This document shows positions 24,423 to 33,933 of a DNA stretch of 64,000 bases, one piece after another (position 1 is the first letter of the stretch; the number at the start of each line of letters is the position of its first letter). The stretch covers positions 3,337 through 67,336 of the forward strand of contig VGJJ01000001.1 of NCBI GenBank assembly GCA_016867455.1, read 5' to 3'. A program made the translations under genes and the position numbers. The DNA comes from Candidatus Iainarchaeum sp. Its GTDB lineage: Archaea; Iainarchaeota; Iainarchaeia; Iainarchaeales; VGJJ01. The notes beneath the pieces were generated by a model. That model did not search any database and was not told where the DNA came from. It saw only the letters and a list, made by a program, of their open reading frames with translations.

Positions 24423-26048
24423 ATGAATGCTCCGGATTCTCTTTCTGAAAGAAAACAAACCAAATTCATTATCGTCACGGGAGGAGTCGTCTCCGGCCTC
24501 GGTAAAGGAATTGCTGCCGCATCCATTGGCCGCTTGCTTGTTTCGGCGGGGTTGAAAGTGATTCCCATCAAGATGGATGGCTACTTGAACGTGGATCCGG
24601 GGACGATGAATCCCATGGAGCATGGGGAAGTGTTCGTGTTGGATGACGGGGGAGAAGTCGACATGGATTTTGGTCATTATGAACGCTTCTTGAATGTTGT
24701 TCCAAAGTCGCATTGGAATTTGACCATGGGAAAAATATTTGATTATGTGAGACAGAAAGAACGCAAGGGAGATTATTTGGGAAAGACCGTGCAGTACATT
24801 CCTCACGTCACAAGCGCTATTAAAGAAAAAATAATGCACGTGGTGAGTGAAGAACGCCCGGATGTAGTGTTGATTGAAGTCGGTGGAACGATTGGGGACT
24901 TGGAGAACGAATTGTACGTGGAAGCGGTTCGCCAATTGAAGAAAGATGTGGGGGTGAACAACATTGCGTATGTTCACCTCACGTATGTTCCTATTTTCGC
25001 GGGAACGAAGGAACAAAAATCAAAACCCACGCAGCAAAGCGTAAACATTCTGCGTCAGCGCGGATTGCAACCGGATATTATTATTGGGCGATGTGCGCGA
25101 AAACTCGATGATAGCATTAAAGAAAAAATTGCATTATTTGCGGACATTGAAAAGGAATCCGTTATTACGGGTTTGGACGTGGATAACGTGTATGAGATTC
25201 CCCTCGTTTTTCAGGAAGAGGGAATCTTGAAACAATTGAATGAAAAATTGCAATTGAATGCCATTCCCAAAATGGATGAGTGGAAAAAACTCGTTAGCAA
25301 CATGAGTCGTGCTCCTAAAACAATTAACATTGCGCTGTGTGGAAAATACACTAAACTAGAAGATAGTTATGCGAGTGTGATTGAAGCCTTGCATCACGCG
25401 GGGGCGCATGTTAATGTTATTCCTAAAATTCATTGGATTGAAACCACGCGCATTGAAGAAGGCACGTTAAACGTGGAAGACGCATTACGCGGAATGGATG
25501 GCATTATTGTTCCCGGTGGTTTTGGTTCACGCGGGGCGGAAGGAAAAATTTCCGTCATTCAGCACGCGCGCACGCACCACATGCCCTATTTGGGATTGTG
25601 TTATGGCATGCAGCTCGCGGTAATTGAATACGCACGCAATCGCTGCGGTCTCTCCCTTGCGAACAGCACGGAAATCAATCCACGCACAACATTTCCAGTG
25701 ATTGATTTGCTTCCGGAACAAACAACCATTACTCAGAAAGGAGCCACCATGCGTTTGGGCGGGCAAGACGTGGAAATTAAGCCTCAAACGAATGCCGAAA
25801 AATTATTTGGTCCCGTGGCACGTTTGCGTTTTCGCCACCGATACGAGGTTAACCCTGCCTTCATTGAAAAACTGGAAAATATGGGACTTATTTTCTCAGG
25901 TAAAGCACCGCAGCGTGAAATTATGCAAATCATGGAACTCCCCGACCATCCCTTTTTCATGGCTACGCAGGCGCATCCGGAATTGACTTCGCGATTAGAC
26001 AAGCCGTGTCCTTTCTTTCATGCGTTTGTCCGTTCCTGCGTGAAATGA
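24423..26048 (+). CDS. pyrG: CTP synthase
   Basis: TGGVVSGLGKG, YLNVDPGTM.P.EHGEVFV, EVGGTIGD, KSKPTQ, PGGFG.RG, GLCYGMQ, RHRYEVN, QAHPE. Confidence 0.98.
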   Translation: MNAPDSLSERKQTKFIIVTGGVVSGLGKGIAAASIGRLLVSAGLKVIPIKMDGYLNVDPGTMNPMEHGEVFVLDDGGEVDMDFGHYERFLNVVPKSHWNLTMGKIFDYVRQKERKGDYLGKTVQYIPHVTSAIKEKIMHVVSEERPDVVLIEVGGTIGDLENELYVEAVRQLKKDVGVNNIAYVHLTYVPIFAGTKEQKSKPTQQSVNILRQRGLQPDIIIGRCARKLDDSIKEKIALFADIEKESVITGLDVDNVYEIPLVFQEEGILKQLNEKLQLNAIPKMDEWKKLVSNMSRAPKTINIALCGKYTKLEDSYASVIEALHHAGAHVNVIPKIHWIETTRIEEGTLNVEDALRGMDGIIVPGGFGSRGAEGKISVIQHARTHHMPYLGLCYGMQLAVIEYARNRCGLSLANSTEINPRTTFPVIDLLPEQTTITQKGATMRLGGQDVEIKPQTNAEKLFGPVARLRFRHRYEVNPAFIEKLENMGLIFSGKAPQREIMQIMELPDHPFFMATQAHPELTSRLDKPCPFFHAFVRSCVK

Positions 26049-26073
26049 ATAGGATTATATCCCGCATTTTCCA

Positions 26074-26919
26074 ATGAAAGATATGTCCACTGAAAAAAAA
26101 TTAGTTGATTGTTTGAAAGAGTTTGCGGTGTTTGCGGGCAATTTGGCGTTGCCATATTATGGTAAAATTGAGCGCCAGAATAAACTAGTGGGAGTCGCGG
26201 AGCATTTGCATGAATCTCCCGTCACGGTGGTGGATCATGGTATTCAGGAAATGGTTTTGTCGGAACTCATTCGAAATGGTTTCACCAACCTTGCGTTTAA
26301 TGGGGAAGAAGAAACGCACTTGAAGTTTTTTTTCAAGGGAGATTATTCTAATGGTTTGGTGGTGCATTGCGATCCCATCGATGGGACGAAAGCGTTTGTT
26401 AATGGAAAAAATCGTTTCGCGGTAGGGTTTGCCCTTTCTAGAGTTAAAAATAATGTTCATGATTTTTTTGCGACGATTGTTTATTCCCCTATTGATCAAC
26501 AATTATTTTGGTCATACGAGGATAAGGCGAGCAAGCACGTAAAACAATCCCTTGTTTCGCGTGAATTAGCGTCCGTTCGTTTGCTAACGAATGAGGGAAA
26601 GGACTGCCTCTCCCAAAAAGGATATGTTCCTGCGCCCCCGGAGAGTATGCATTTGAGTATTATTGACACCGCATTGGGAAAGCGTGCCGCGGTAACAGGT
26701 TATCATGTGGAGGCGCATGATGCGTTCATTCCGTTTGCTTTTGCACGCAATTATGGCATTACTCCTTACACCCACGCGGGCAAAAAGTTGAAAAAAATAA
26801 TTCTCGAACCCACTCCCAAGGGTTATCGCACGATGCACAAAGTGTATTATTTTGCCAATAATGAAATCCGTGATGAATTATTGCCTGTTTTTCAGAACGC
26901 GAAATATGTGAACAAATAA
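26074..26919 (+). CDS. Inositol monophosphatase/FIG-superfamily phosphatase
   Basis: PVTVVD, GEE, CDPIDGTKAF; divergent C-terminal motif (AHD). Confidence 0.8.
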   Translation: MKDMSTEKKLVDCLKEFAVFAGNLALPYYGKIERQNKLVGVAEHLHESPVTVVDHGIQEMVLSELIRNGFTNLAFNGEEETHLKFFFKGDYSNGLVVHCDPIDGTKAFVNGKNRFAVGFALSRVKNNVHDFFATIVYSPIDQQLFWSYEDKASKHVKQSLVSRELASVRLLTNEGKDCLSQKGYVPAPPESMHLSIIDTALGKRAAVTGYHVEAHDAFIPFAFARNYGITPYTHAGKKLKKIILEPTPKGYRTMHKVYYFANNEIRDELLPVFQNAKYVNK

Positions 26920-26963
26920 TAAAAAAATGAAATAAATAGGAAAATAATTGAATTGCCTATTTT

Positions 26964-28115
26964 TTATTTAATCAGCGCGAACTTCACCGCTTCGGGGATG
27001 AGTGAAATAATTCCGGGCTGAGTAATCATTTTGCTCACGAAGCGCGAGGGTTCATCCATGTCTCCATGGTTGGAGAGGAAGTGTTCCATTCCCGCGTCCT
27101 TGAGTTTGAGGAATAATTTATCCAATTGTGCATCGGTTTGGCGTGATTGATACGTGTGGATTTTGTAGTGTAATTCTAATTCCTTGAAAATGGGTTCCAT
27201 TCGTTTCTCGTACTCATTAAGTGGGGTGTGGTGGTGAATGTGATCGTGAATACTCGTTGCGAGAATGTCGGCAGACTTGCAGTTCATGATGATTCCTCCT
27301 CCCGTGGTTGCTTTGGTTTGGTAGGCAGCGTCTCCTAAGAGGAGCATGTTATCCTTGGTGAGCGTGCGAATGGGCGGGGCGCAGGGGATTAGGAAGGAGT
27401 TGTCGCTCTTGATGTGTACGTCGATTTGTTTTTCTTTCAAGAATTTTTTGAATGCGTGAACAGGGTTCACTCCGACTTTGCATCCTAATCCTATTTTGGC
27501 GCTGGATTCGTTTTCGGGGATTACCCATGCAAAAAAATGCGGTGCGAATGATTCGCTGAAATATAATTCCACAAAACGCGGGTCAAAGTTTCCGGATGCT
27601 TTGACTTGATACGAGTGTACAAAATCACTGGCTTTGCTTTCAATCCCTACTACTTTTCGTAAGCGTGAATTCACTCCATCCGCGGCCACCATGATGTCGG
27701 CTTTTTTGACGCCGCCTTTTCCTTTGCTTTGAGTAAAAATAGTATTTCCTTTCACGTTCATGACGCTCGTGTTCAACACGATTTCCGCGCCGGCTTTTTT
27801 GGCTTGTTGATAGAGTGTTTTATCGAATAGGCTTCGGTCCATGACATGGGCAACGGGCTTCTTGCTCTCGATGCGGAGCTGGGTATTGTTGGGGGAATAA
27901 ATTTTCGCTCCATAAATAGTATTCGTAAAACTGTCTTTCAAATCAAAACCAAGTGTTTCCGTGTTGCGTGCGGAGATGAGTCCCGAGCAGTGTTCGGGAA
28001 TCCCTATTTCTGCATGGTCTTCAAAAACGGTTACCGGAATGTTGTTTTCGGCTAGTTTTCGGGCGAGGCGTAATCCTGCACTCCCTGCACCAATGACGGA
28101 GACGTGACGATCCAT
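26964..28115 (-). CDS. Geranylgeranyl reductase-family FAD oxidoreductase
   Basis: VIGAGSAG, PEHCSG, DRSLFDK, AADGVNS, FAWVIP, LLGDAA..TK.TTGGGI. Confidence 0.88.
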   Translation of the reverse strand: MDRHVSVIGAGSAGLRLARKLAENNIPVTVFEDHAEIGIPEHCSGLISARNTETLGFDLKDSFTNTIYGAKIYSPNNTQLRIESKKPVAHVMDRSLFDKTLYQQAKKAGAEIVLNTSVMNVKGNTIFTQSKGKGGVKKADIMVAADGVNSRLRKVVGIESKASDFVHSYQVKASGNFDPRFVELYFSESFAPHFFAWVIPENESSAKIGLGCKVGVNPVHAFKKFLKEKQIDVHIKSDNSFLIPCAPPIRTLTKDNMLLLGDAAYQTKATTGGGIIMNCKSADILATSIHDHIHHHTPLNEYEKRMEPIFKELELHYKIHTYQSRQTDAQLDKLFLKLKDAGMEHFLSNHGDMDEPSRFVSKMITQPGIISLIPEAVKFALIK

Positions 28116-28196
28116 ACTAGAATACCCCCTGAGTATGATTTTTAACGCAACCCCTTGGGGAGAAGCTTTTAGCCACGTTGTGCGTGTTAATTTTCT

Positions 28197-28454
28197 ATGC
28201 TCTCACTACCATCCATTGCAGCCATTGGGTTGGTATTGCTTGCGGGAGTGTTGATTCATTCCCGCCTCCCATCGTATCCTCGTGAAACGAGTGAAAAATG
28301 GCTCGTTTCTTTTTTTTCATTAATCCTGCTTATTCCTGCGTTTTTTTGGGCGGGGCACTATTGGTTCCACATGCGTGTGAGCGTGTGGTCGTTCGCTGCG
28401 GGAGTGGGTGTTCTTTTCCTCGTGTGGGTGCTTATTCCCACCCGAGAAAAATAA
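28197..28454 (+). CDS. Small 3-TM membrane protein
   Basis: 85 aa, three hydrophobic segments, fills an intergenic gap. Confidence 0.55.
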   Translation: MLSLPSIAAIGLVLLAGVLIHSRLPSYPRETSEKWLVSFFSLILLIPAFFWAGHYWFHMRVSVWSFAAGVGVLFLVWVLIPTREK

Positions 28455-28460
28455 CGTGTT

Positions 28461-31259
28461 TTAGTATCGTCCGATGCGCGAACTACTATCGCTCTTCCAC
28501 ATTTTACTCCCTCTCACGGGAGTGCTCGTGCGGTGAACGGGCCCCGTGTTGCGTACGCCTATGGAACTGCGCAGGATGGGATTGTCTGCTCCTTCCACGC
28601 TTCCTTTGACGACGCGGATGGATACGAAAATTAATCCCACGACGAGGAGGAACCCTAATACGAGTGGTCCTACGTTGCCAACGAAGCCCACGAATCCTGT
28701 CATGAGGTTTCCGCCATCAAATAATGGTGGTCCGGCTTCTTTGTTGGCCACGGGTTTTCCGATACCGCTGGAAAACAAAATGGGCGGATTAACGATGAGT
28801 GCTTGGAGTGCTTCCATTTTGCTTTGGGCCACGCCAAACGTGTAGGTGTTAACGCTCGTCAACACAATCTCAACGGCTTGTCCTTCAAACAATTCGCTGA
28901 CTTCAAATTGCACTAATGGGTCGTCTTTCAATATGGTCATGTTCACATTGGATGTGAATTCGCTCGCGGTCTTGGCGAACGATTTAGGTACGTCTACGAC
29001 AATTTTGACACTGCCTTTGTTTCCCGTGTTTTGGAGGGAGAGAACATATTGCAGAGCATATTTTCCTTTTTCTCCTTCCACTGGAACCATTTTTACGATT
29101 GGTTGCGCGTTCCATTGGGTAATGGCTTGCTCCGCATCGCTCACGAGTTGCGCGTTATCCACGTTGAATCCTGCCGCGGATAATAATGCGGTTAATTGTT
29201 CCATTCCCACGTTCAACGATACGGGTTCGGGCAACACGGGCTCATTTTCCAACGCCGTGTTGGTTGGGCTTGTATTCGTTCCCGTGTTTGTGGAAGTAGC
29301 GGCGGGTGCGGCTGCCGCGGGTTTCGAGGATGGGTCCTTAATCACGCGTGACGTGGATGCGGTACATGAATCGGTTCCGAAAACAAACTTCACGCTTGTT
29401 CCAATGGAGTTAGGCACGTCAAATGGTCCCGTCCACTTGGTGGCGGCCGTTCCTACTTTTTGGATGGCAACCGTTGCTTTTCCCATTGGCGTGGCGCGAA
29501 AATATCCATTCACGTATGAGTTTCCTTGTGCCGTTGCCGTGATTTTTTCTCCTGCATAAATGGATGTGGGCACGTCAAATGTAACGTTGCATGAACCGCC
29601 GCCCCCACCGCCGCCACCGCCGCCACCGCCGCCACCGCCGCCGGAGCCGCCGCTATTGTTGTTTCCTCCGCTGGTACAACCAGTGGTGGTCGCATTAATG
29701 GGTCCCGTCGCCGAACTTTTGTGGCCGACGTTGTCTACGGCTTCAATCCAATAATTGTAGGAGGTGCAGCTGGATAATCCGCTGTCCGTGGTGCTGGTAG
29801 CGGGGTGGTTTGCGGTCTTGGATGGAGAGTCCGGCTTAGTGGTGGTCGTGCTGCGGTATAATCGGTACTCTTTCACGCCGCTTCCTCCATTATCCGTTGA
29901 GACACTCCAGCTGAAGGATGCGCTCGTGTCTTCGCGGTCCGTGTTCGTAAAATTCGTTGGTGCGGTTGGGCTCGTGGAATCGTACACAATGACTACGTCT
30001 ACTCCCTGCGCGGAAATATTTCCTAATGCGTCTTTGACTTTCACATTCACGGTGCGTGAACCATCCCCGGCTGGGCAGCTCGTGACTATGTTGTAGGTGT
30101 TGATGCTGGTCGCATAATCAATTTCAACCGGCGTGTTCGTGGAGCACTGGAAAATGACTTTATGGTTGCCCACTCCCGCGTCGGTGGCACCGATAGTAAA
30201 AGTAGGTGTTGCTGAACTCGTTGGTGTGGGCGCGGAGGCTGTTACACTGGTGGGGCCGGTCGTGTCGACTTTAATGACTTGTGATAAGTTGGCCGTGTTT
30301 CCGGCAGCATCCGTCACGTCGACCGTGTACGTGTATGTGCCATCCGTCAATGCGGATGCGGGAGTGTATGAAAAACTATTCCCGTTTTGAGTGGGGGATA
30401 CGGTGACTCCATTTTGTTTGAATACGACTGAAGCCACGTTGAGTCCGCTCCCATTGGCACCATCGGAAAGCGTCACTTCAATCGTGGGGGTGGTGTTGAT
30501 TGTTCCTGAATGAGCGGGAACCGCTGCCGCGTTGAGGGTAAAAGTTCCCGTGGGGGCGGTCGTGTCTACTTTCAAATCAAATGCCGTCGTGACAGCTGTG
30601 TTTCCTGCCGCATCGGTGGCGCGGATGATGATGGAATTATTTTCATTGGAAAAAACCACTCCTGCCGTAGGAAGAGTTGTAAAATTTCCACCGGCATTAT
30701 AGTCGAGTGTGCATGCCGTGGCATCCGTGCACGTGGCGGTCATGGTTGTTGCTGCGTGGCTCCATACTCCGCTTGTAACGAGGGGATTGAAGGTGGGTCC
30801 GGTGATGACAGGATTAATGGAATCAAATGTGATAGGGGTTCCGGCACTGGTGGCGGTTGTTTGTTCGGGAAATGTTTCTTGAAAAATGGCTTTCATGAAA
30901 ATGGTTTGGTTTCCATTAGCAGGGGCTTGTGCGCTCGTGTCAAATGTCCAATGGCATGTCATTCCATTCGCCGTGTTAATGTTGTCCAATACGCAGGCGG
31001 ATGAAATATCCAATGCGTCAAAATGACCGGCGATGATTTCAGGGTCTCCGGCATCGAATGTGGCGTCCGTACTCAGGAAGAATCGAAAATCATATGTTGC
31101 GGAAGTAACATAGGCAGAGTCTTGCAGGTTGAAGTTTACCGTCAAATCATTACTCGGATTAATCGTGTAGCTTGGGTCCGTCACCGTGATGGTCGCACCC
31201 CACACGCTCATACTCAATAATACGACTCCTGTTAACACGATTAACCAAGCACGATTCAT
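28461..31259 (-). CDS. Large cell-surface protein: Ig-like repeats, FnIII domain, poly-Gly linker, C-terminal TM
   Basis: Signal peptide; repeated A.D.AGN and VDTT.P motifs; W..STDNGGSGV.EY.LYR...YNYWIEAVD..G (FnIII); Thr-rich; C-terminal TM. Confidence 0.85.
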   Translation of the reverse strand: MNRAWLIVLTGVVLLSMSVWGATITVTDPSYTINPSNDLTVNFNLQDSAYVTSATYDFRFFLSTDATFDAGDPEIIAGHFDALDISSACVLDNINTANGMTCHWTFDTSAQAPANGNQTIFMKAIFQETFPEQTTATSAGTPITFDSINPVITGPTFNPLVTSGVWSHAATTMTATCTDATACTLDYNAGGNFTTLPTAGVVFSNENNSIIIRATDAAGNTAVTTAFDLKVDTTAPTGTFTLNAAAVPAHSGTINTTPTIEVTLSDGANGSGLNVASVVFKQNGVTVSPTQNGNSFSYTPASALTDGTYTYTVDVTDAAGNTANLSQVIKVDTTGPTSVTASAPTPTSSATPTFTIGATDAGVGNHKVIFQCSTNTPVEIDYATSINTYNIVTSCPAGDGSRTVNVKVKDALGNISAQGVDVVIVYDSTSPTAPTNFTNTDREDTSASFSWSVSTDNGGSGVKEYRLYRSTTTTKPDSPSKTANHPATSTTDSGLSSCTSYNYWIEAVDNVGHKSSATGPINATTTGCTSGGNNNSGGSGGGGGGGGGGGGGGGGSCNVTFDVPTSIYAGEKITATAQGNSYVNGYFRATPMGKATVAIQKVGTAATKWTGPFDVPNSIGTSVKFVFGTDSCTASTSRVIKDPSSKPAAAAPAATSTNTGTNTSPTNTALENEPVLPEPVSLNVGMEQLTALLSAAGFNVDNAQLVSDAEQAITQWNAQPIVKMVPVEGEKGKYALQYVLSLQNTGNKGSVKIVVDVPKSFAKTASEFTSNVNMTILKDDPLVQFEVSELFEGQAVEIVLTSVNTYTFGVAQSKMEALQALIVNPPILFSSGIGKPVANKEAGPPLFDGGNLMTGFVGFVGNVGPLVLGFLLVVGLIFVSIRVVKGSVEGADNPILRSSIGVRNTGPVHRTSTPVRGSKMWKSDSSSRIGRY
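29596..29652 (-). repeat. Coding (GGC/GGT)n repeat encoding a poly-Gly linker
   Basis: Repeated CCGCCACCG on the + strand translates to SGGSGGGGGGGGGGGGGGGGS. Confidence 0.8.
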
Positions 31260-31389
31260 TTGTTCTCCCCCTGAGATATGAGTAATACTCTTTTTTGATG
31301 AGTATTTAAACCATTCTCGATATTATAGAATAATCCTGCCATTTGGCTGGTCATGTAGCAGGAATTTTTTTGAGTTGGAGGTTTTCGCC

Positions 31390-32229
31390 ATGGAACAGTT
31401 GCGCACCGTCTTTTTTCTGAGTCTCTTGACGGGACTCCTTCTCCTCATTGGGGGAATAGTGGGGGGAGAAAGTGGAATACTCGTGGCATTCATTTTTGCA
31501 TTAATCATGAATGGTTTCTCGTATTTTTTTTCAGACAAAATAGTGTTAGCATTGTATCGCGCTCAACCCGCGGATGAAAAAACGAGTGAAGGAAAACGTA
31601 TTCATTCACTTTTGAAAACAGTTGCTCAACGCATGCAACTCCCATTGCCTAAATTATTTATCATTGATGAAAAATCTCCTAATGCATTTGCCACGGGGAG
31701 AGATCCTCAACACGCGGCCGTGGTTTTCACGCGGGGGATTCTTTCATTGTTAGATGATCATGAATTGGAAGGCGTTATTGCTCACGAACTTTCGCACGTG
31801 AAGAATAGGGATATTCTCATCGCATCCATGGCAGCCACGATTGCGGGGGCCATTAGTATGCTCGCACACATGGCTCAATGGAGCGCGTTTGGTTCGCGTG
31901 ACCGGGATGGGAGAAATGTCATTGGATTAATGATCGTGGCGATTTCGGTTCCCATTATTGCGATGCTCATTCAATTAGCGGTTTCTCGTTCCCGTGAATT
32001 TTTGGCGGATGAGACGGCGGCGAAAACCCTTCATTCGGGAAAAGGCCTCGCTTCCGCATTGAGAAAACTCGAAAAGGGCATTCATACGCATCCCTTTGAT
32101 TCGGCAAATGAGGGAACCGCCCATTTGTTTATCGCTAATCCCTTTGCGGGGGAAGGATTATTGGGTTTATTCCGCACCCATCCCTCGACAAGTGAACGAG
32201 TGGCGCGACTCGAATCGTTCCGCTCATAA
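31390..32229 (+). CDS. htpX: Zinc metalloprotease HtpX (M48)
   Basis: SYFFSDKIVL, PNAFATGRDP, AHELSHVKNRD, SRSREFLAD, THPST.ER. Confidence 0.95.
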   Translation: MEQLRTVFFLSLLTGLLLLIGGIVGGESGILVAFIFALIMNGFSYFFSDKIVLALYRAQPADEKTSEGKRIHSLLKTVAQRMQLPLPKLFIIDEKSPNAFATGRDPQHAAVVFTRGILSLLDDHELEGVIAHELSHVKNRDILIASMAATIAGAISMLAHMAQWSAFGSRDRDGRNVIGLMIVAISVPIIAMLIQLAVSRSREFLADETAAKTLHSGKGLASALRKLEKGIHTHPFDSANEGTAHLFIANPFAGEGLLGLFRTHPSTSERVARLESFRS

Positions 32230-32264
32230 AAGTTGGTTTTATATGGTGTGGGGACGCTCTTCTG

Positions 32265-33248
32265 GTGATGAAGATTCCCTACCTCACTATTTTTTTCACG
32301 CTTATTATTTTGTATGTGGCGGCGACTCAACTCAATTGGCCGAGTCTCTTGCACGCATTCCAATCAGCGAAAATAGAATATATTTTTCTCGCACTCAGTG
32401 CGTGGGTGGTGCTGGTTTTTCTTAAAGGATTCAAGTGGCAGCGTCTCGTGATTAGTTTGAATGGTAAAATTTCCTTGATTGATTCACTCATGGTCATTTT
32501 TATTGGTCTATTTGTCAGTGTGATTACGCCCGGTAGGCTGGGTGATTTTGTGCGGGCCGTGTACATTAAGGATCGTCTCGCGCTGGGAAAGGGAATTTTG
32601 GCCGTAATTGTTGATCGTGCCATGGATGTCATCACGCTGCTCATCTTTGCGGGAATCGGTCTCATTCTCTTGACGCGTGCGAAGGGAATTGAAATTATTT
32701 CTCCGGAGCTCGTTCTCATTCTGATTGCGGGATCATTTATGGCGTTAGGTGCTGGATTAAACAAGCGGGTGGCGCGTAAACTATTCAAATTATTTCAGGG
32801 AATTATTCCTCAAAAAATTCGCGAATTATTGTTGAAGCACGGTCGATCGTTCTATGAAGCGGTTCCCCTCTTTCAAACGAATGGTATTCATGTGTTGGCT
32901 GCCGTATTTTCGAGCACTGCTGCGTGGTTATTATCAATTACCTTTGGCTGGTTCCTCATGCTGGCGCTCAACATGCCATTGTCATGGAATTCCGCATTAG
33001 CGGTTGTTCCCGTTCTCGCATTAATTGAAATTATTCCCGTGGGAATACTGGGGATTGGCACGCGCGAAATTGGTGCGGTGATTGTATTAGGGGCATTTGG
33101 CATTTCTCCCGAATCCGCAGTGGCGTATTCCCTGCTTTATTTCGCATTGGGGTATATTCCCAGTTTTGCCATTGGTGCGGTGTTATTCAACCATAAACCA
33201 CTCCCCATGGACGGTGGCCTCAAAGGGTTAGCGTCCAGGTTAGGGTAA
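32265..33248 (+). CDS. Lysylphosphatidylglycerol-synthase TM / UPF0104 flippase-like membrane protein
   Basis: KW..L, TPGRLGDFVRA, VDRAMD, IP..ILGIGTRE. Confidence 0.85.
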   Translation: MMKIPYLTIFFTLIILYVAATQLNWPSLLHAFQSAKIEYIFLALSAWVVLVFLKGFKWQRLVISLNGKISLIDSLMVIFIGLFVSVITPGRLGDFVRAVYIKDRLALGKGILAVIVDRAMDVITLLIFAGIGLILLTRAKGIEIISPELVLILIAGSFMALGAGLNKRVARKLFKLFQGIIPQKIRELLLKHGRSFYEAVPLFQTNGIHVLAAVFSSTAAWLLSITFGWFLMLALNMPLSWNSALAVVPVLALIEIIPVGILGIGTREIGAVIVLGAFGISPESAVAYSLLYFALGYIPSFAIGAVLFNHKPLPMDGGLKGLASRLG

Positions 33249-33271
33249 TACTCTCCGCGCTGCTTCGTTGA

Positions 33272-33922
33272 TTATTTTTTTTGAAACGCGAGCAAGCACG
33301 TAAGGGATAGTCCAAATGGCAATCCAAATGGCAAGTTTTGTTGGGCCATCACTCGCAGTCCCACGCGTCGCTTCATGAATCCTGGAACAAATGCATTCAC
33401 GTGATCAGGAACGCGCAGGGGTCTGCGTCCCAACAACAATCGGCTGAACGTCCACAAAACTTCATTGGGGTGAGTAATAATGAGCAACCCATTCGGTTTG
33501 AGTACGCGGGTTAATTCTGCAATGACATCCTGGTATTCGTACACGTGCTCCAATACTTCCGTACACGTGACAACGTCAAAATAATTATCTGGGAATTGCA
33601 GCGAATCCAAGTCCATGCGTTTAACCTGAGCAAATGGCACTCGTTCATGGGATTGACGCACCGCGTTATCCATGATGTCCACGCCAAAATACTCATGCAG
33701 GGGCATTTGTTGGTGAAAGCGTTGAATCAAATGTCCTTCGCCGCAGCCCGCGTCGAGGATGCGAGCCCCTTTTGGGAGATTGGCTTTGGCTACAAACTCA
33801 ACAATTTTATCCAATCGTTGAGAGTGAACAAACCGCACGAGGGCATTTTGACTCGTGTATAAACTATCCATGTTCTCGTCCGGCATATACAAATGATCGA
33901 TTCGCGCCATGGTCAATCCCAC
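33272..33922 (-). CDS. Class I SAM-dependent methyltransferase
   Basis: ILDAGCGEG, FPDNYFDVV.CTEVLEH, RVLKPNG. Confidence 0.9.
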   Translation of the reverse strand: MGLTMARIDHLYMPDENMDSLYTSQNALVRFVHSQRLDKIVEFVAKANLPKGARILDAGCGEGHLIQRFHQQMPLHEYFGVDIMDNAVRQSHERVPFAQVKRMDLDSLQFPDNYFDVVTCTEVLEHVYEYQDVIAELTRVLKPNGLLIITHPNEVLWTFSRLLLGRRPLRVPDHVNAFVPGFMKRRVGLRVMAQQNLPFGLPFGLSLTCLLAFQKK

Positions 33923-33933
33923 TCATAACATGT

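Noticed and set aside
28546-31220. Plus-strand ORFs including the poly-Pro ORF 29560-29754
   Set aside because: Antisense shadows of the Thr/Gly-rich surface protein; poly-Pro is the reverse complement of the poly-Gly linker
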